From assembly GCA_017420755.1 (NCBI GenBank), contig JAFQOG010000032.1:5013-69012 (forward strand): a stretch of DNA of 64,000 bases, written 5' to 3'. This document shows positions 31,044 to 40,310 of the stretch, one piece after another. Within the stretch, counting starts at the first letter, position 1, and the number at the start of each line of letters is the position of its first letter. Position numbers and translations under genes: made by a program. The DNA is from Clostridia bacterium (GTDB lineage Bacteria > Bacillota > Clostridia > Oscillospirales > CAG-272). Below the pieces are notes generated by a model that saw nothing but the letters and a program-made list of their open reading frames with translations, did no database searches and was not told the DNA's origin.

Positions 31044-32168
31044 ATGGATTTTGCATATCCCTTTGGCTTAGTACTAAAAGGCTGCCACTGGTTAACCAAC
31101 AACTACGTTTTTGCTATTCTTTTGTTTGCTCTTGCTATGCAGCTTTTGCTCTGCCCTTTTGGTGTTATCCAACAAAAAAATATGGTAAAGCAAGCAAAAA
31201 TGCGTCCAATGGAGTATATCATCCGTAAAAAGTATGCAGGCAGAAATGACCGCGCAACTCAACAAAAAATGCAAAATGAGATAATGGAGCTCTATCAAAG
31301 AGAAGGCTACAGCCCATTTAAGGGTTGCTTACCTATGCTTATTCAGCTTATCATTATCTTCCCAATATACAACGCAGTTGTAAACCCACTTCGCTACATT
31401 TCCGCTCTTCCAAAGGACGTTTGTAGCACAATAGAGCTTTGTTTCCAACACTTTAAGGATGCAAGCGGTGCTGGCACAGGCATGCCAAACTCGGCAAGAC
31501 AGGTTTGGCTTTCATCAAACCTTCCAAGCATGGATTATAATAAAGTTTCTGAAATTATCAAAGAGGTTCCAAATCCAAAGGGTGGCGACCCACTCGTTTC
31601 AGGTGATTCAGCCGTAAAGGCTTTAGATGCTTTGTTTGATGCTACAGCTGATGGTAAATTTGAGTATGCAGTTGACTTTGCAAACGTACCAGAAACTCTT
31701 GCAGAAAACCCATATGCAGCATTTGCAGCATTCGGTGCATTATGGTTCTTGCTCTTAATTCCAGTATTTAACTTAGGGCTTACCTATTTACAACAATTTG
31801 TTTCAAAGAAGCTTTCATACCAAGATCCAAATGCTCAACAAGCTGGCGGAATGATGGGTTCAATGAAGATTATGATGCTTGTTATGCCACTCATGACCTT
31901 CTTCTTCACCTTTACCTTCCCAGCCGCTATCGGTATTTACTGGATATTCAGAACCTTACTCGCTATGCTTCAACAGTTTATTTTGTCGCGTATTTTCAAG
32001 CTGCCAAAATATACGGATGAAGACCTTAAACGGATAGAAAAGGAAATGAAGGAAGCTAAAAACAATGCAATGCCTAAAAGGCGATCTCTTTTCCAAATGC
32101 CAACAAATGATGTGCTTGAGGAAAGAGGAATTCGTTCACTTCACCACATAGATGACGACGACGAATAA
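31044..32168 (+). CDS. yidC: YidC/Oxa1-family membrane insertase
   Basis: Polytopic. GCLPMLIQLIIIFPIY region. Synteny. Confidence 0.85.
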   Translation: MDFAYPFGLVLKGCHWLTNNYVFAILLFALAMQLLLCPFGVIQQKNMVKQAKMRPMEYIIRKKYAGRNDRATQQKMQNEIMELYQREGYSPFKGCLPMLIQLIIIFPIYNAVVNPLRYISALPKDVCSTIELCFQHFKDASGAGTGMPNSARQVWLSSNLPSMDYNKVSEIIKEVPNPKGGDPLVSGDSAVKALDALFDATADGKFEYAVDFANVPETLAENPYAAFAAFGALWFLLLIPVFNLGLTYLQQFVSKKLSYQDPNAQQAGGMMGSMKIMMLVMPLMTFFFTFTFPAAIGIYWIFRTLLAMLQQFILSRIFKLPKYTDEDLKRIEKEMKEAKNNAMPKRRSLFQMPTNDVLEERGIRSLHHIDDDDE

Positions 32169-32194
32169 TCTAATATATAAATAAGGAAAAAACA

Positions 32195-33097
32195 ATGAAA
32201 AGCGAATTTACACTACAAGCTAAAACAGTGGAGGAAGCATACGCTAAGGCGAATGACATTTATTCCTCGCTTGGTGATATTTCAATCGAGGTTGTTAATC
32301 CTGGCAAAAAAGGAATTTTGGGATTCGGCAGAGTTCTTGCTGAAATCAAGGTAATCGTTGATGACGGAAAGCCTGAACCAAAAGTGAAAAATCAGACACA
32401 GGATAAGCCAAAGACTGAAAACAAGCAACAAAATAAGGCTCCAAAAGCAGAGCCGAAGGCACAAAAGCAACAACCAAAGGAGCAAAAGCAAAATAAGGCT
32501 CCAAAGGCTGAAGCTGTGGTTAAGACAGCTGAGCCACAAAAAACACCAACAATGCAAGAAAAGGAAGAAAGCATCAATGTTACTGTAGAAGAAAAGACAT
32601 TGGCTGCAAACTTCTTAAAAGGATTTATTAAGGATATCGGCTTTAACTGTGAGGTAAAGGCTGATATGACCTTGAACGAAAAGGGCTTTGTTTCCCGCCT
32701 TATCACAATTGAGGGCGAGGGTGCAGCAAGTCTTATCGGACATAGAGGCGAAATGCTTGATGCACTTCAATACCTTTCAAATCTCTGCCTTGCTCGTAAA
32801 AGCGGTGGCGACCACAAGGAATACGTAAAAATAATTATCGATATCGAAAATTATAGAGAAAAGAGAGAACAAACCCTTCGCGCACTTGCAAGAAGAATGG
32901 CGTCGAAGGCTCTCAAATACCAAAGAAACGTTCTTCTTGAGCCAATGAATCCATATGAAAGAATGATTATCCACTCTGAAATTCAAGGAATTGAAGGCGT
33001 GTCAACTCATTCCGTTGGATATGATGATAACCGTAAAATTGTTATTACATGCGACAACAAAAGAAGAGCTCCAAGAAAGCAAGAAGCAAATAACTAA
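32195..33097 (+). CDS. jag: Jag/KhpB RNA-binding protein (Jag_N-KH-R3H)
   Basis: C-terminal R3H-type ...LEPMNPYERMIIHSEI.... K/Q-rich linker. Synteny after yidC. Confidence 0.85.
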   Translation: MKSEFTLQAKTVEEAYAKANDIYSSLGDISIEVVNPGKKGILGFGRVLAEIKVIVDDGKPEPKVKNQTQDKPKTENKQQNKAPKAEPKAQKQQPKEQKQNKAPKAEAVVKTAEPQKTPTMQEKEESINVTVEEKTLAANFLKGFIKDIGFNCEVKADMTLNEKGFVSRLITIEGEGAASLIGHRGEMLDALQYLSNLCLARKSGGDHKEYVKIIIDIENYREKREQTLRALARRMASKALKYQRNVLLEPMNPYERMIIHSEIQGIEGVSTHSVGYDDNRKIVITCDNKRRAPRKQEANN

Positions 33098-33100
33098 CAT

Positions 33101-33134
33101 AAAAGCACCCACTCAACCGAGTGGGTGCTTTTTG
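33101..33134. terminator. bidirectional terminator
   Basis: GCACCCACT-loop-AGTGGGTGC followed by TTTTT, between jag and the convergent XRE gene. Confidence 0.75.
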
Positions 33135-33136
33135 TT

Positions 33137-33355
33137 TCATTTTTTAGGAGTTGGGTTGTCAGTCAATCCTGCCAAATAGTCAGTTGAGACATTGTAGAAT
33201 TGAGCTATTTTTATAATGTAGTCGAATTTTATTGAAAAATGCTCGTTTTCCAATCTATTATATGTAACTCTATCTATGCCAATATAGTCGGCGATGGTTT
33301 GCTGATTAATTTCGTTGTCTATGCGAAGATTCTTAATTCTTTTGTGGTATGTCAC
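33137..33355 (-). CDS. XRE-family HTH regulator (72 aa)
   Basis: GTG at 33355, 8 nt after AAGGAGG. ...INQQTIADYIGIDRVTYNRLEN... and a DYLAGLTD tail. Confidence 0.7.
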   Translation of the reverse strand: MTYHKRIKNLRIDNEINQQTIADYIGIDRVTYNRLENEHFSIKFDYIIKIAQFYNVSTDYLAGLTDNPTPKK

Positions 33356-33381
33356 CTTTATCGCCTCCTTTTTATGAATTA

Positions 33382-33426
33382 TAACACAAGTGTAACAAAA
33401 ATATTGACTTTGTAACACAAGTGTTA
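33382..33426. promoter_or_regulatory. two operator-like palindromes TAACACAAGTGTTA
   Basis: Perfect 14-bp palindrome at 33413-33426. Near copy TAACACAAGTGTAA at 33382-33395. Each lies in the spacer of one of two back-to-back promoters. Confidence 0.6.
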
Positions 33427-33432
33427 TATAAT
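33404..33432 (+). promoter_or_regulatory. sigma70-type promoter of the plus-strand XRE gene
   Basis: TTGACT, 17-nt spacer, TATAAT. The spacer contains the perfect palindrome. Confidence 0.65.
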
Positions 33433-33465
33433 GTGTATAGCACTAATGTTACAAAAGGAGACTGT

Positions 33466-33684
33466 ATGAAGGAATACGAAAGATTAAGGGGTATCCGCAG
33501 GGAGAGGAATATGTCAGTAAACGACGTTTCAAAAATGTTGTGTGTATCTAATAAGAGAATTTATAATTGGGAAACAGGAAAGCATAAGATGCCAACTAAA
33601 TATTATATTAAATTGTCAAAATACTACAATTTGAGTCTTGATTATATTGTTGGATTATCTGATGATGATAAAAAGACCAAATAA
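33466..33684 (+). CDS. XRE-family HTH regulator (72 aa)
   Basis: ATG at 33466 after AAAGGAG. ...MSVNDVSKMLCVSNKRIYNWETG... and a DYIVGLSD tail. Confidence 0.7.
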   Translation: MKEYERLRGIRRERNMSVNDVSKMLCVSNKRIYNWETGKHKMPTKYYIKLSKYYNLSLDYIVGLSDDDKKTK

Positions 33685-33768
33685 ATACTGTAGGAGAGAG
33701 TAAAGCTATCTTCTTATTTAAAAAGAGGTATTGATACAATCAATACCTCTTTTGGCTTGGTGTTTCTT

Positions 33769-34143
33769 TTAAATTTCATTTTTTTCAAGAGCGTTGAGCA
33801 TAATCTCTGCACTCTTTGCGTTTGTTGCGAGTGGAATTGATTGCACATCGCAAAGACGGAGAAGGGCGGAAACGTCAGGCTCGTGTGGTTGAGATGTTAG
33901 AGGGTCGCGAAGGAAAATTATAAGGTCTAATTTACCCTCGGCAACCATAGAACCGATTTGCTGGTCACCGCCGAGAGGACCACTTTTCATTCTGTTTATT
34001 GAAAGACCGGTCTCTCCCATAACAAGGGTTCCGGTTGTGCCTGTTGCATAAAGCTCATGCTTTGCAAGGGTGTCTTTGTGATTGATTGCAAGGTTAATCA
34101 TCTCTGATTTTTTCTTGTCGTGTGCTATTAATGCTATTTTCAT
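33769..34143 (-). CDS. mgsA: methylglyoxal synthase
   Basis: [12 protein letters not shown]...LYATGTTG...[10 protein letters not shown]. Confidence 0.9.
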   Translation of the reverse strand: MKIALIAHDKKKSEMINLAINHKDTLAKHELYATGTTGTLVMGETGLSINRMKSGPLGGDQQIGSMVAEGKLDLIIFLRDPLTSQPHEPDVSALLRLCDVQSIPLATNAKSAEIMLNALEKNEI

Positions 34144-34160
34144 TTTTTGTCTCCTATATA

Positions 34161-36344
34161 TTATATGTTACATTTAAATGTAGATTTTTTCTTCTTTGTT
34201 ACAAGCTCCTCGCCATTTGGTAATGTGATATGCTTTGTAACGTTGTTCTTTTCGCTTTCGATGGTGATTTCAAACACTCCCCCGGACTTTTTCCAAGAAA
34301 CAGTGATGTTTCCGGCTATTGTAGAAACAGTTCCGTGAGCGCGTTTTCTACCAACTATGTATGGCTTGATTGCAACAGATTTTTCGCAAACATCATAGGT
34401 TCTAACGCCTAAAATAGTAGCGCTGAATTCATAAATTGCAAGAGCTCCCCAAGCGTGACAATCACTGCGTGAATATGTTGGCGTTTCGGGAACGGTTGTG
34501 CAGTTGAGCTTTAAAAGTCCACGATAGCTATTCATCATTTCGTTCGTGTATTTGTATAGACCACAAACCTCAAGGGCTCTAAAATAGAAGTAAGCAAATG
34601 CGTAGGTTGCCTTAGCCTCAAGATCTCTTGATTTTTTCATTATAGATTTTGCACGTCTGCCGGTTGCTGTGCCGGAAAGAACACACCATGCCTGCATATG
34701 CTGAGAATATTTTGTGTGATCAAGGTTGTCAGCATAAAGCCCCTTTTCCTTGTCCCAAAAATATTTCTCGGTATTTTTCTTTAGCATCTCGGCTGTTTCA
34801 AGATATTCATTTGCCACATCGATTCTGCCACAAACTGCGTTGAGCTTTGCTGCGCATTGTAAGAAATAAGCCATCATAGGGTTGTATAAACCAATAACGC
34901 CACCGTGGATTCCAACAGGAACACCACCGTCGTTTTCGTCCTTTTCATATCCCCAAGGCGTTGCCCAGTCAACAAAGTTCCAATATTTACTTTGACCAAC
35001 CACACCATCATCGTTTATGTGATTTGTGAACCATTCGCAAACTCCGTCAATTGCACGAAGATGCTTTCTGACAAGACCCAAATCTCCAAAGCGAGTGTAG
35101 TGCGCATATACCATAAATATAAAGTAGAATTGGAAGGTTGGGATATGCTGGTCGCCAACGCTTGGCGTTCTTGACGGCATTAGTCCGTTGGCGAGCTGAG
35201 CAGCGGCAAAATCGTCCATAGCCTTTCTTGCAAGACGGTCATCGTCTGTCAATTGGTAGTTGAAAACCATTTGAGTGGATGTATCCATGCAATATTGAAG
35301 CTGCTCGTAGAAAGGGCAGTCCTCGTATGTTTCGTGCATACATCTTTGAAGCGTGCGTACGCTGATTTCCCAAAGCTTGTTGTCGTCTTTTCTGCCAAAA
35401 TCATAGTCGGTGCGTGGGAACATTGGGTAGTTGACCTCGAGCATCTTTTCGAGCTTTATCGACACATCTCCTGTAATTTCAGGTTTAATAAAGCGGAAGC
35501 ACCTAAACCAGAATGGCTCAAATAAAACCTCACCGTCTATTGTTATCTCATCATACATTTCCTTCGTAAAGTCAAGGCTTCTATCTGTTCTTACATTGTT
35601 TGTCTTGCCTTGAATTTCAGTAAAGCATTCAAAATAATACAGTCTTACAGTGCCCTTGCCCGAAAGCTTGAAGGTGGGGAAGCCGAAGGTTAAATAGTCT
35701 GCCTCAAAAAATTCGCCATCGTACTTAACAATATCGGTTTTGTCCTTAAAATCAAGCATTGGAATCGGTCTTTCGTAAAGGAAGCACTTGTTGGTGCCAC
35801 CCCACCAATAGTGGTCAACCTCGGCGTTGGAAACACCGGTCTGAACAACCGCGTTTTCATACACAGGGTCGATTGTTTTGTCGTGAATTTCACGTGTAGC
35901 GGCAGAATAGCAGCTGCGTGCACTTATGTGCTTGACAGGTGCTTTTGCAACGAGCCAGCTCTCGTCTGACTGAAAAGAAAAATCACCACAATTGAGCTCA
36001 CAAGCAAGAAGCATAGCGCCCACACGCAAAACGCCTTCGATTGGCGACATTATACCTTGCATATCATCTGATACCAGCTGTAAAACCTCGATAAATATTT
36101 CGTTTTCGCCAGCTTTTAGATAGCTTGTTACATCAACCGCATCAAAATAGGTTTTCTCGCGTGTGCCCTTGCAGGGGCCGCAAGCAACAAACAAGCCATT
36201 TATGTATAGCTTATATCTCGCTTGTGCACTTATTTCAAAAAGAGCTGGCTTAACCTCGCTAAGAAAAAAACTCTTTTTAAAATAGTAGGTCGCGTTGTCT
36301 GATGCGCCTGCACTTTTGTGTGTGATCCATCTACAGTCTTTCAT
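34161..36344 (-). CDS. GH78-like (alpha-L-rhamnosidase family) six-hairpin glycosidase
   Basis: 727 aa. N-terminal rhamnosidase-type beta-sandwich pattern (YYFKKSF...) and the [11 protein letters not shown] motif. Confidence 0.55.
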   Translation of the reverse strand: MKDCRWITHKSAGASDNATYYFKKSFFLSEVKPALFEISAQARYKLYINGLFVACGPCKGTREKTYFDAVDVTSYLKAGENEIFIEVLQLVSDDMQGIMSPIEGVLRVGAMLLACELNCGDFSFQSDESWLVAKAPVKHISARSCYSAATREIHDKTIDPVYENAVVQTGVSNAEVDHYWWGGTNKCFLYERPIPMLDFKDKTDIVKYDGEFFEADYLTFGFPTFKLSGKGTVRLYYFECFTEIQGKTNNVRTDRSLDFTKEMYDEITIDGEVLFEPFWFRCFRFIKPEITGDVSIKLEKMLEVNYPMFPRTDYDFGRKDDNKLWEISVRTLQRCMHETYEDCPFYEQLQYCMDTSTQMVFNYQLTDDDRLARKAMDDFAAAQLANGLMPSRTPSVGDQHIPTFQFYFIFMVYAHYTRFGDLGLVRKHLRAIDGVCEWFTNHINDDGVVGQSKYWNFVDWATPWGYEKDENDGGVPVGIHGGVIGLYNPMMAYFLQCAAKLNAVCGRIDVANEYLETAEMLKKNTEKYFWDKEKGLYADNLDHTKYSQHMQAWCVLSGTATGRRAKSIMKKSRDLEAKATYAFAYFYFRALEVCGLYKYTNEMMNSYRGLLKLNCTTVPETPTYSRSDCHAWGALAIYEFSATILGVRTYDVCEKSVAIKPYIVGRKRAHGTVSTIAGNITVSWKKSGGVFEITIESEKNNVTKHITLPNGEELVTKKKKSTFKCNI

Positions 36345-36366
36345 TTTAACTCCATTCTGTCTATGA

Positions 36367-36855
36367 CTATTTAGTAATTACGTCTATAATTTCACAGGTA
36401 TAGGCTCTGTGGAAATCGTTGCTTTTGTAGTTTGAAAGTGGCTTTTCGTCGTAAAAGCAGTCGCTCTTTAAATTGTCGGCATACAGCTTTTTCAAGACAA
36501 GAGTAGTTTCTGCATCGTCGAAAATACAAGCGCCGTTTTTGAGCTCGTATTTTAGTCCACATACCTCAAATTTGTCCACGTCTCTGCCTGTTTTTGTTCC
36601 ACAATAGGCAAGAGTGTCCTTTCTTTCTTCACCGAAAAACGACAACGTCAGCGTGTCGCCATCCTCACAAAACTCAAAGGTGTATCTTTGCGGACGAACA
36701 AAAACGGTACAAACCTCCTTGTTCCAAAGGATGCCCGATGTTCCCCAGGAAACGGTCATAGTATTTATTTCGCCATTTTGCTTTGTCGCGGTTAAGAGCG
36801 CGCCCTTGCCAATTATTTCAGTAAAGTTGAAGCTCCTTAGGTCGGAAAATTTCAT
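36367..36855 (-). CDS. flavin reductase-like (split-barrel FMN-binding) protein
   Basis: ...NTMTVSWGTSGILWNKEVCTVFVRPQRYT.... Confidence 0.65.
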   Translation of the reverse strand: MKFSDLRSFNFTEIIGKGALLTATKQNGEINTMTVSWGTSGILWNKEVCTVFVRPQRYTFEFCEDGDTLTLSFFGEERKDTLAYCGTKTGRDVDKFEVCGLKYELKNGACIFDDAETTLVLKKLYADNLKSDCFYDEKPLSNYKSNDFHRAYTCEIIDVITK

Positions 36856-37036
36856 AAAACCACCTCACATTAATTATAAAATATATTTATGCGCGTGTCA
36901 ACGAAAAAATAATTATTTTTATATTTTCTATTGACATTGACACGCGTATATTATAAAATTATAATGTGTAGAAATTTGGTTTGGTCGGCTCTACGCTGAC
37001 TGACACCTTTTACATAGGAAAATCTATAAGGAGGTA

Positions 37037-38590
37037 ATGAATATGGACTGGTTACATTGGACACTCATTGGCGTATCGGCTGCATGTGCTGTGGTTGGCG
37101 TGGCTGTTGGCTTTATCATAAGAAAAGCAATGGCTGAAAAGCAGATTGGCTCAGCAGAAGCACAGGCAAAGAAGCTACTTGAGGATGCAATAAAGGCTGC
37201 GGAAACCAAGCGCAAGGAATATATGCTTGAGGCTAAGGAAGAAATCATGGCATCAAGAAAAGAGCTTGAGGCTGAGGTTAAGGAACGCCGTAGCGAGCTC
37301 ACCAGACAAGAGACCCGTCTTGCCAATAAGGAAGAAAATCTCGACCGCAAGGTTGATGCTATAGAGAAAAAAGAAGAAGCATTGGCAAGCAAGGTTAAGG
37401 AAAACGAAGAAATTAAAGAAAAATTAACACAAGCACACGAAACCCAACTTAAATTACTCGAAAAAATCTCTGGCTATTCAGCACAAGAGGCAAAGGCTGC
37501 ACTTGTGAAGGCGCTTGAGGATGACGTTAGACACGAGCAAGCGCAAAAGCTTGTTGAGCTTGAGGAGGAGTTTAAGGAGGAAGCCGACAAAAAGGCGAAA
37601 AACATCATTTCTCTTGCTATTGCAAGATGCGCATCTGACCACGTTTCCGAGGCGACAATTTCCGTTGTTGCTCTCCCTAATGACGAAATGAAGGGCAGAA
37701 TCATCGGTCGTGAGGGACGTAATGTTCGTGCGATTGAAAACTTAACAGGTGTTGAGCTTATTATTGACGACACCCCAGAGGTTATCACAATTTCAGGATT
37801 TGACCCAGTAAGACGTGAAATTGCAAGACTTACTATCGAAAAGCTAATTGCTGATGGCCGTATCCACCCAACACGTATTGAAGAAACCGTTGAAAAGGCT
37901 AAGCGCGAGGTTGAGGCAACCATCAAGCAAGCCGGTGAAAAGGCAACATTTGAAACAGGCGTTCACGGTCTTAACCACGAGCTTGTTAAGCTTCTTGGTA
38001 GACTTAAGTATAGAACAAGCTATGGTCAAAACGTATTAACTCACTCAACCGAGGTTGCAACACTTGCAGGTGTTATGGCAGCTGAGCTTGGTGTTGATGT
38101 TACTCTTGCTAAGCGCGCGGGACTTTTACACGATATCGGTAAGGCGTTGACTGCTGAAATTGAGGGCTCACACGTTCAAATTGGCGTTGATGTAGCGAAG
38201 AAATACAAGGAATCAAAAGAGATTATTCACGCAATTGAGGCACACCACGGTGATGTTGAGGCACAATCAGTTATCGCTGTTATTGTACAAGCAGCAGATG
38301 CAATTTCTGCGGCTCGTCCAGGTGCACGTCGTGAAAACCTTGAAAACTACATAAAGAGACTTGAAAAGCTTGAGGAAATCGCAAAGAGCTTCAACGGTGT
38401 TGAAAAGACATTTGCAATTCAAGCTGGTCGTGAGATTCGTATCATGGTTAAGCCGGAGCAAATCAACGATGATACAATGGCACTCGTTGCTCGTGATATT
38501 GTTAAGAAAATCGAGAGCGAGCTTGAGTATCCTGGTCAAATTAAGGTTAACCTCATTCGCGAGAGCCGTGTAGTTGACTACGCAAAATAA
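37037..38590 (+). CDS. rny: ribonuclease Y
   Basis: N-terminal TM, coiled coil, KH ([13 protein letters not shown]) and HD (LLHDIGK) domains. The start may be the second ATG at 37043. Confidence 0.92.
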   Translation: MNMDWLHWTLIGVSAACAVVGVAVGFIIRKAMAEKQIGSAEAQAKKLLEDAIKAAETKRKEYMLEAKEEIMASRKELEAEVKERRSELTRQETRLANKEENLDRKVDAIEKKEEALASKVKENEEIKEKLTQAHETQLKLLEKISGYSAQEAKAALVKALEDDVRHEQAQKLVELEEEFKEEADKKAKNIISLAIARCASDHVSEATISVVALPNDEMKGRIIGREGRNVRAIENLTGVELIIDDTPEVITISGFDPVRREIARLTIEKLIADGRIHPTRIEETVEKAKREVEATIKQAGEKATFETGVHGLNHELVKLLGRLKYRTSYGQNVLTHSTEVATLAGVMAAELGVDVTLAKRAGLLHDIGKALTAEIEGSHVQIGVDVAKKYKESKEIIHAIEAHHGDVEAQSVIAVIVQAADAISAARPGARRENLENYIKRLEKLEEIAKSFNGVEKTFAIQAGREIRIMVKPEQINDDTMALVARDIVKKIESELEYPGQIKVNLIRESRVVDYAK

Positions 38591-38603
38591 TATTTACACA
38601 AAC

Positions 38604-38636
38604 AAAGCCTTGGGTTCTGCTTCCCAAGGCTTTTTT
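38604..38636 (+). terminator. Rho-independent terminator of rny
   Basis: GCCTTGGG-loop-CCCAAGGC followed by TTTTTT. Confidence 0.75.
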
Positions 38637-38670
38637 GATTGAATGAAAAAGATAGATTGCCATAGGAAAG

Positions 38671-38770
38671 ATGGATTCTCGGCAAAGCCGAGCCTTTTGC
38701 TTACAAGTGGACAACGGCTTTCGGCGAGCTTGCGAACCACATTTTCAATAAATTGAAAAGGTTGGTCGCA
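38671..38770 (-). repeat. tRNA-distal structured repeat, copy C3
   Basis: The reverse complement aligns with 54268-54380: GACCA..hairpin..AAATGTGGTTCGCAAG..AAAGCCGTTGTC..CTTG..AGCAAAAGGCT..CTTTGCC. Confidence 0.6.
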
Positions 38771-38829
38771 CTCACACCACCCTAAGACCACAAAAAAGGA
38801 CACCCAAATTGGCAACAAAGCTTCGGCAA

Positions 38830-38860
38830 GGCTGGATTCTCGCCTTTGGCGAGGCATTTG
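38830..38860 (-). repeat. palindromic unit GGCTGGATTCTCGCC-ttt-GGCGAGGCATTTG
   Basis: Reverse-complement match to the AAAAGCCTCGCC-tNt-GGCGAGAAGCCAGCC units at 54526 and 57631. Confidence 0.6.
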
Positions 38861-38941
38861 CCAACGCTCTCGCTTGCAAGCAGACTCTGCCGTGAACAAA
38901 AAAACCAATGTTCCCAATGAAGGATGTGCAAACAAAGCCAA

Positions 38942-39049
38942 GGCTGGATTCTCGCCAAAGCCGAGCTTTTTCTCAAGCCTTATGCTGACAAGTCGACAAC
39001 GGCTAATCGAAAAAGAACGAACCAGATTCCGATGCGTCGCATCGAAATC
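38942..39049 (-). repeat. tRNA-distal structured repeat, copy C4
   Basis: Reverse complement: hairpin GATTTCGATGCG/CGCATCGGAATC, then TGGTTCGTTCTTTTT..AGCCGTTGTCGACTTG..CTCGGCTTTGGCGAGAATCCAGCC. Confidence 0.55.
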
Positions 39050-39075
39050 TTGTCCGAAGACTCATCCCTCACCAC

Positions 39076-39105
39076 AAACAAAAAACCCAATGCTTTCGCA
39101 TTGGG
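39076..39105 (-). terminator. terminator of the tRNA-Thr/Tyr operon
   Basis: CCCAATGC-gaaa-GCATTGGG followed by TTTTTTGTTT on the minus strand. Confidence 0.75.
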
Positions 39106-39112
39106 TCGTTTG

Positions 39113-39197
39113 TGGTGGGGGATGCTGGATTCGGACCAGCGAAGTCGTTGACAACAGATTTACAGTCTGCCCCCTTTGGCCGCTCGGGAAATCCCCC
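39113..39197 (-). tRNA. tRNA-Tyr (GTA), long variable arm, encoded CCA
   Basis: Hand-folded: acceptor GGGGGAT/ATCCCCC, anticonon loop read as cTGTAAa with GTA at positions 34-36, T-loop GGTCCGAATCC. Confidence 0.85.
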
Positions 39198-39218
39198 ATT
39201 ATTAAGTTGCAGGACACT

Positions 39219-39293
39219 TGGAGCTGGTGAACGGAGTCGAACCATCAACCTGCTGATTACAAATCAGCTGCTCTGCCATTGAGCCACACCAGC
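39219..39293 (-). tRNA. tRNA-Thr (TGT), encoded CCA
   Basis: Hand-folded: acceptor GCTGGTG/CACCAGC, anticodon stem GCTGA/TCAGC with loop TTTGTAA, T-loop GGTTCGACTCC. Confidence 0.85.
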
Positions 39294-39315
39294 ATATTGT
39301 CCTGCAACGCACCTT

Positions 39316-39344
39316 ATTCTATCACATAAAAAATAGTTTGTCAA
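39316..39344 (-). promoter_or_regulatory. sigma70-type promoter of the tRNA operon
   Basis: Minus strand TTGACA, 17-nt spacer, TAGAAT, about 20 nt upstream of the tRNA-Thr 5' end. Confidence 0.65.
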
Positions 39345-39389
39345 CAGTTTTTTTAATTTTTTTCAAAATTTTTAAAAGGGCAATTTTTG

Positions 39390-40310
39390 TTATGGTAAAT
39401 TAAGGTTTTTCGTCATTAGCCTTTTGGTCACGAAAAAGAAAACAACACTAATCACTATTGAGCCAAGGAAAGAGAATAGAAGAGGGATGTTTGTTATTAT
39501 GAATGGGTCAATAGGATTATATGGGAGCCATACATCCGTTGTTTCGGGTGTTAGATATGTGTAAATTACTACGATAAATCCAAAAGAAAGTATTTGCTGT
39601 AAAATATAGTACGCTACATGACCGCCAACAATAATACCTGCACTTGCAAGAAGCTTTCTCTTTTTTGCAACAATTCCACCAAGGAAAATTGCAAAGAAAT
39701 AGAAGATTTGATATGCGATAACGCTGAAAAATGAGCTTTCAATAGCAAGCACGATAAAGAGAACAAGATTCATTTTATTATAGCCCTCGAGGCTGAGCAT
39801 AACAGCAAGCAATCCGTTTTCATTTATCGTCACCGAGGGGATAACAAGCATAGCTGTACCGAGTGCAAAAAGAGCCATAATAATCGCGTTCCAAATAATA
39901 GCGTTTACTATTTTGGAAAGCAAAATTTGGGATGGCGCAACAGGCAAGGTAAATGTCAAATACCCCTCGTCTGTTATTAAGGTTTTATAAAAGTTAACGG
40001 CTAATAAAACCATAATTGTTAGACACGACGCACACAAAAGCATAAAGATAAAGAACATCATAAATGCCAAGACTGTGCCGCCGAAGGAGAGGGTTGAATA
40101 TAGGTCGGAAAGCGATTCGGAAAGCTCAAAATCACCGTTTGCATATGCCTCAGCTGAACGCTCGATGATTTTATATGATTGAGTCATAATCAGCGAGTGT
40201 CCAATCGACGAAATAAGCCCTAATATTCCAAGGATAAATGAGCCAATAGCAAGAGGCTTGCCAACACGTGAGAGGCTCCTTAGGTCGTGCTTTAAAAGCT
40301 TAGCGAACAT
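39390..40310 (-). CDS. ABC-2-type transporter permease
   Basis: Polytopic 306-aa protein overlapping the upstream ABC ATPase gene by 11 nt. Confidence 0.55.
   Translation of the reverse strand: MFAKLLKHDLRSLSRVGKPLAIGSFILGILGLISSIGHSLIMTQSYKIIERSAEAYANGDFELSESLSDLYSTLSFGGTVLAFMMFFIFMLLCASCLTIMVLLAVNFYKTLITDEGYLTFTLPVAPSQILLSKIVNAIIWNAIIMALFALGTAMLVIPSVTINENGLLAVMLSLEGYNKMNLVLFIVLAIESSFFSVIAYQIFYFFAIFLGGIVAKKRKLLASAGIIVGGHVAYYILQQILSFGFIVVIYTYLTPETTDVWLPYNPIDPFIITNIPLLFSFLGSIVISVVFFFVTKRLMTKNLNLP

Noticed and set aside
32380-32520. Tandem-like DNA repeat inside jag (CAAAATAAGGCTCCAAARGC occurs twice)
   Set aside because: It encodes the K/Q/P-rich linker (QNKAPKAE twice) between the Jag_N and KH domains. 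This is ordinary low-complexity linker expansion.
37024-37926. Minus-strand ORFs (122 aa and 150 aa, Ser/Ala-rich) antisense to rny
   Set aside because: They are shadows of the Glu/Lys/Ala-rich coiled-coil region of RNase Y, with low complexity and no RBS.
38594-39230. ORFs of 115, 64, 118 and 75 aa across the repeat region and tRNA-Tyr
   Set aside because: They overlap tRNA genes, terminators and the palindromic repeat units. The reading frames are by-products of repeats.
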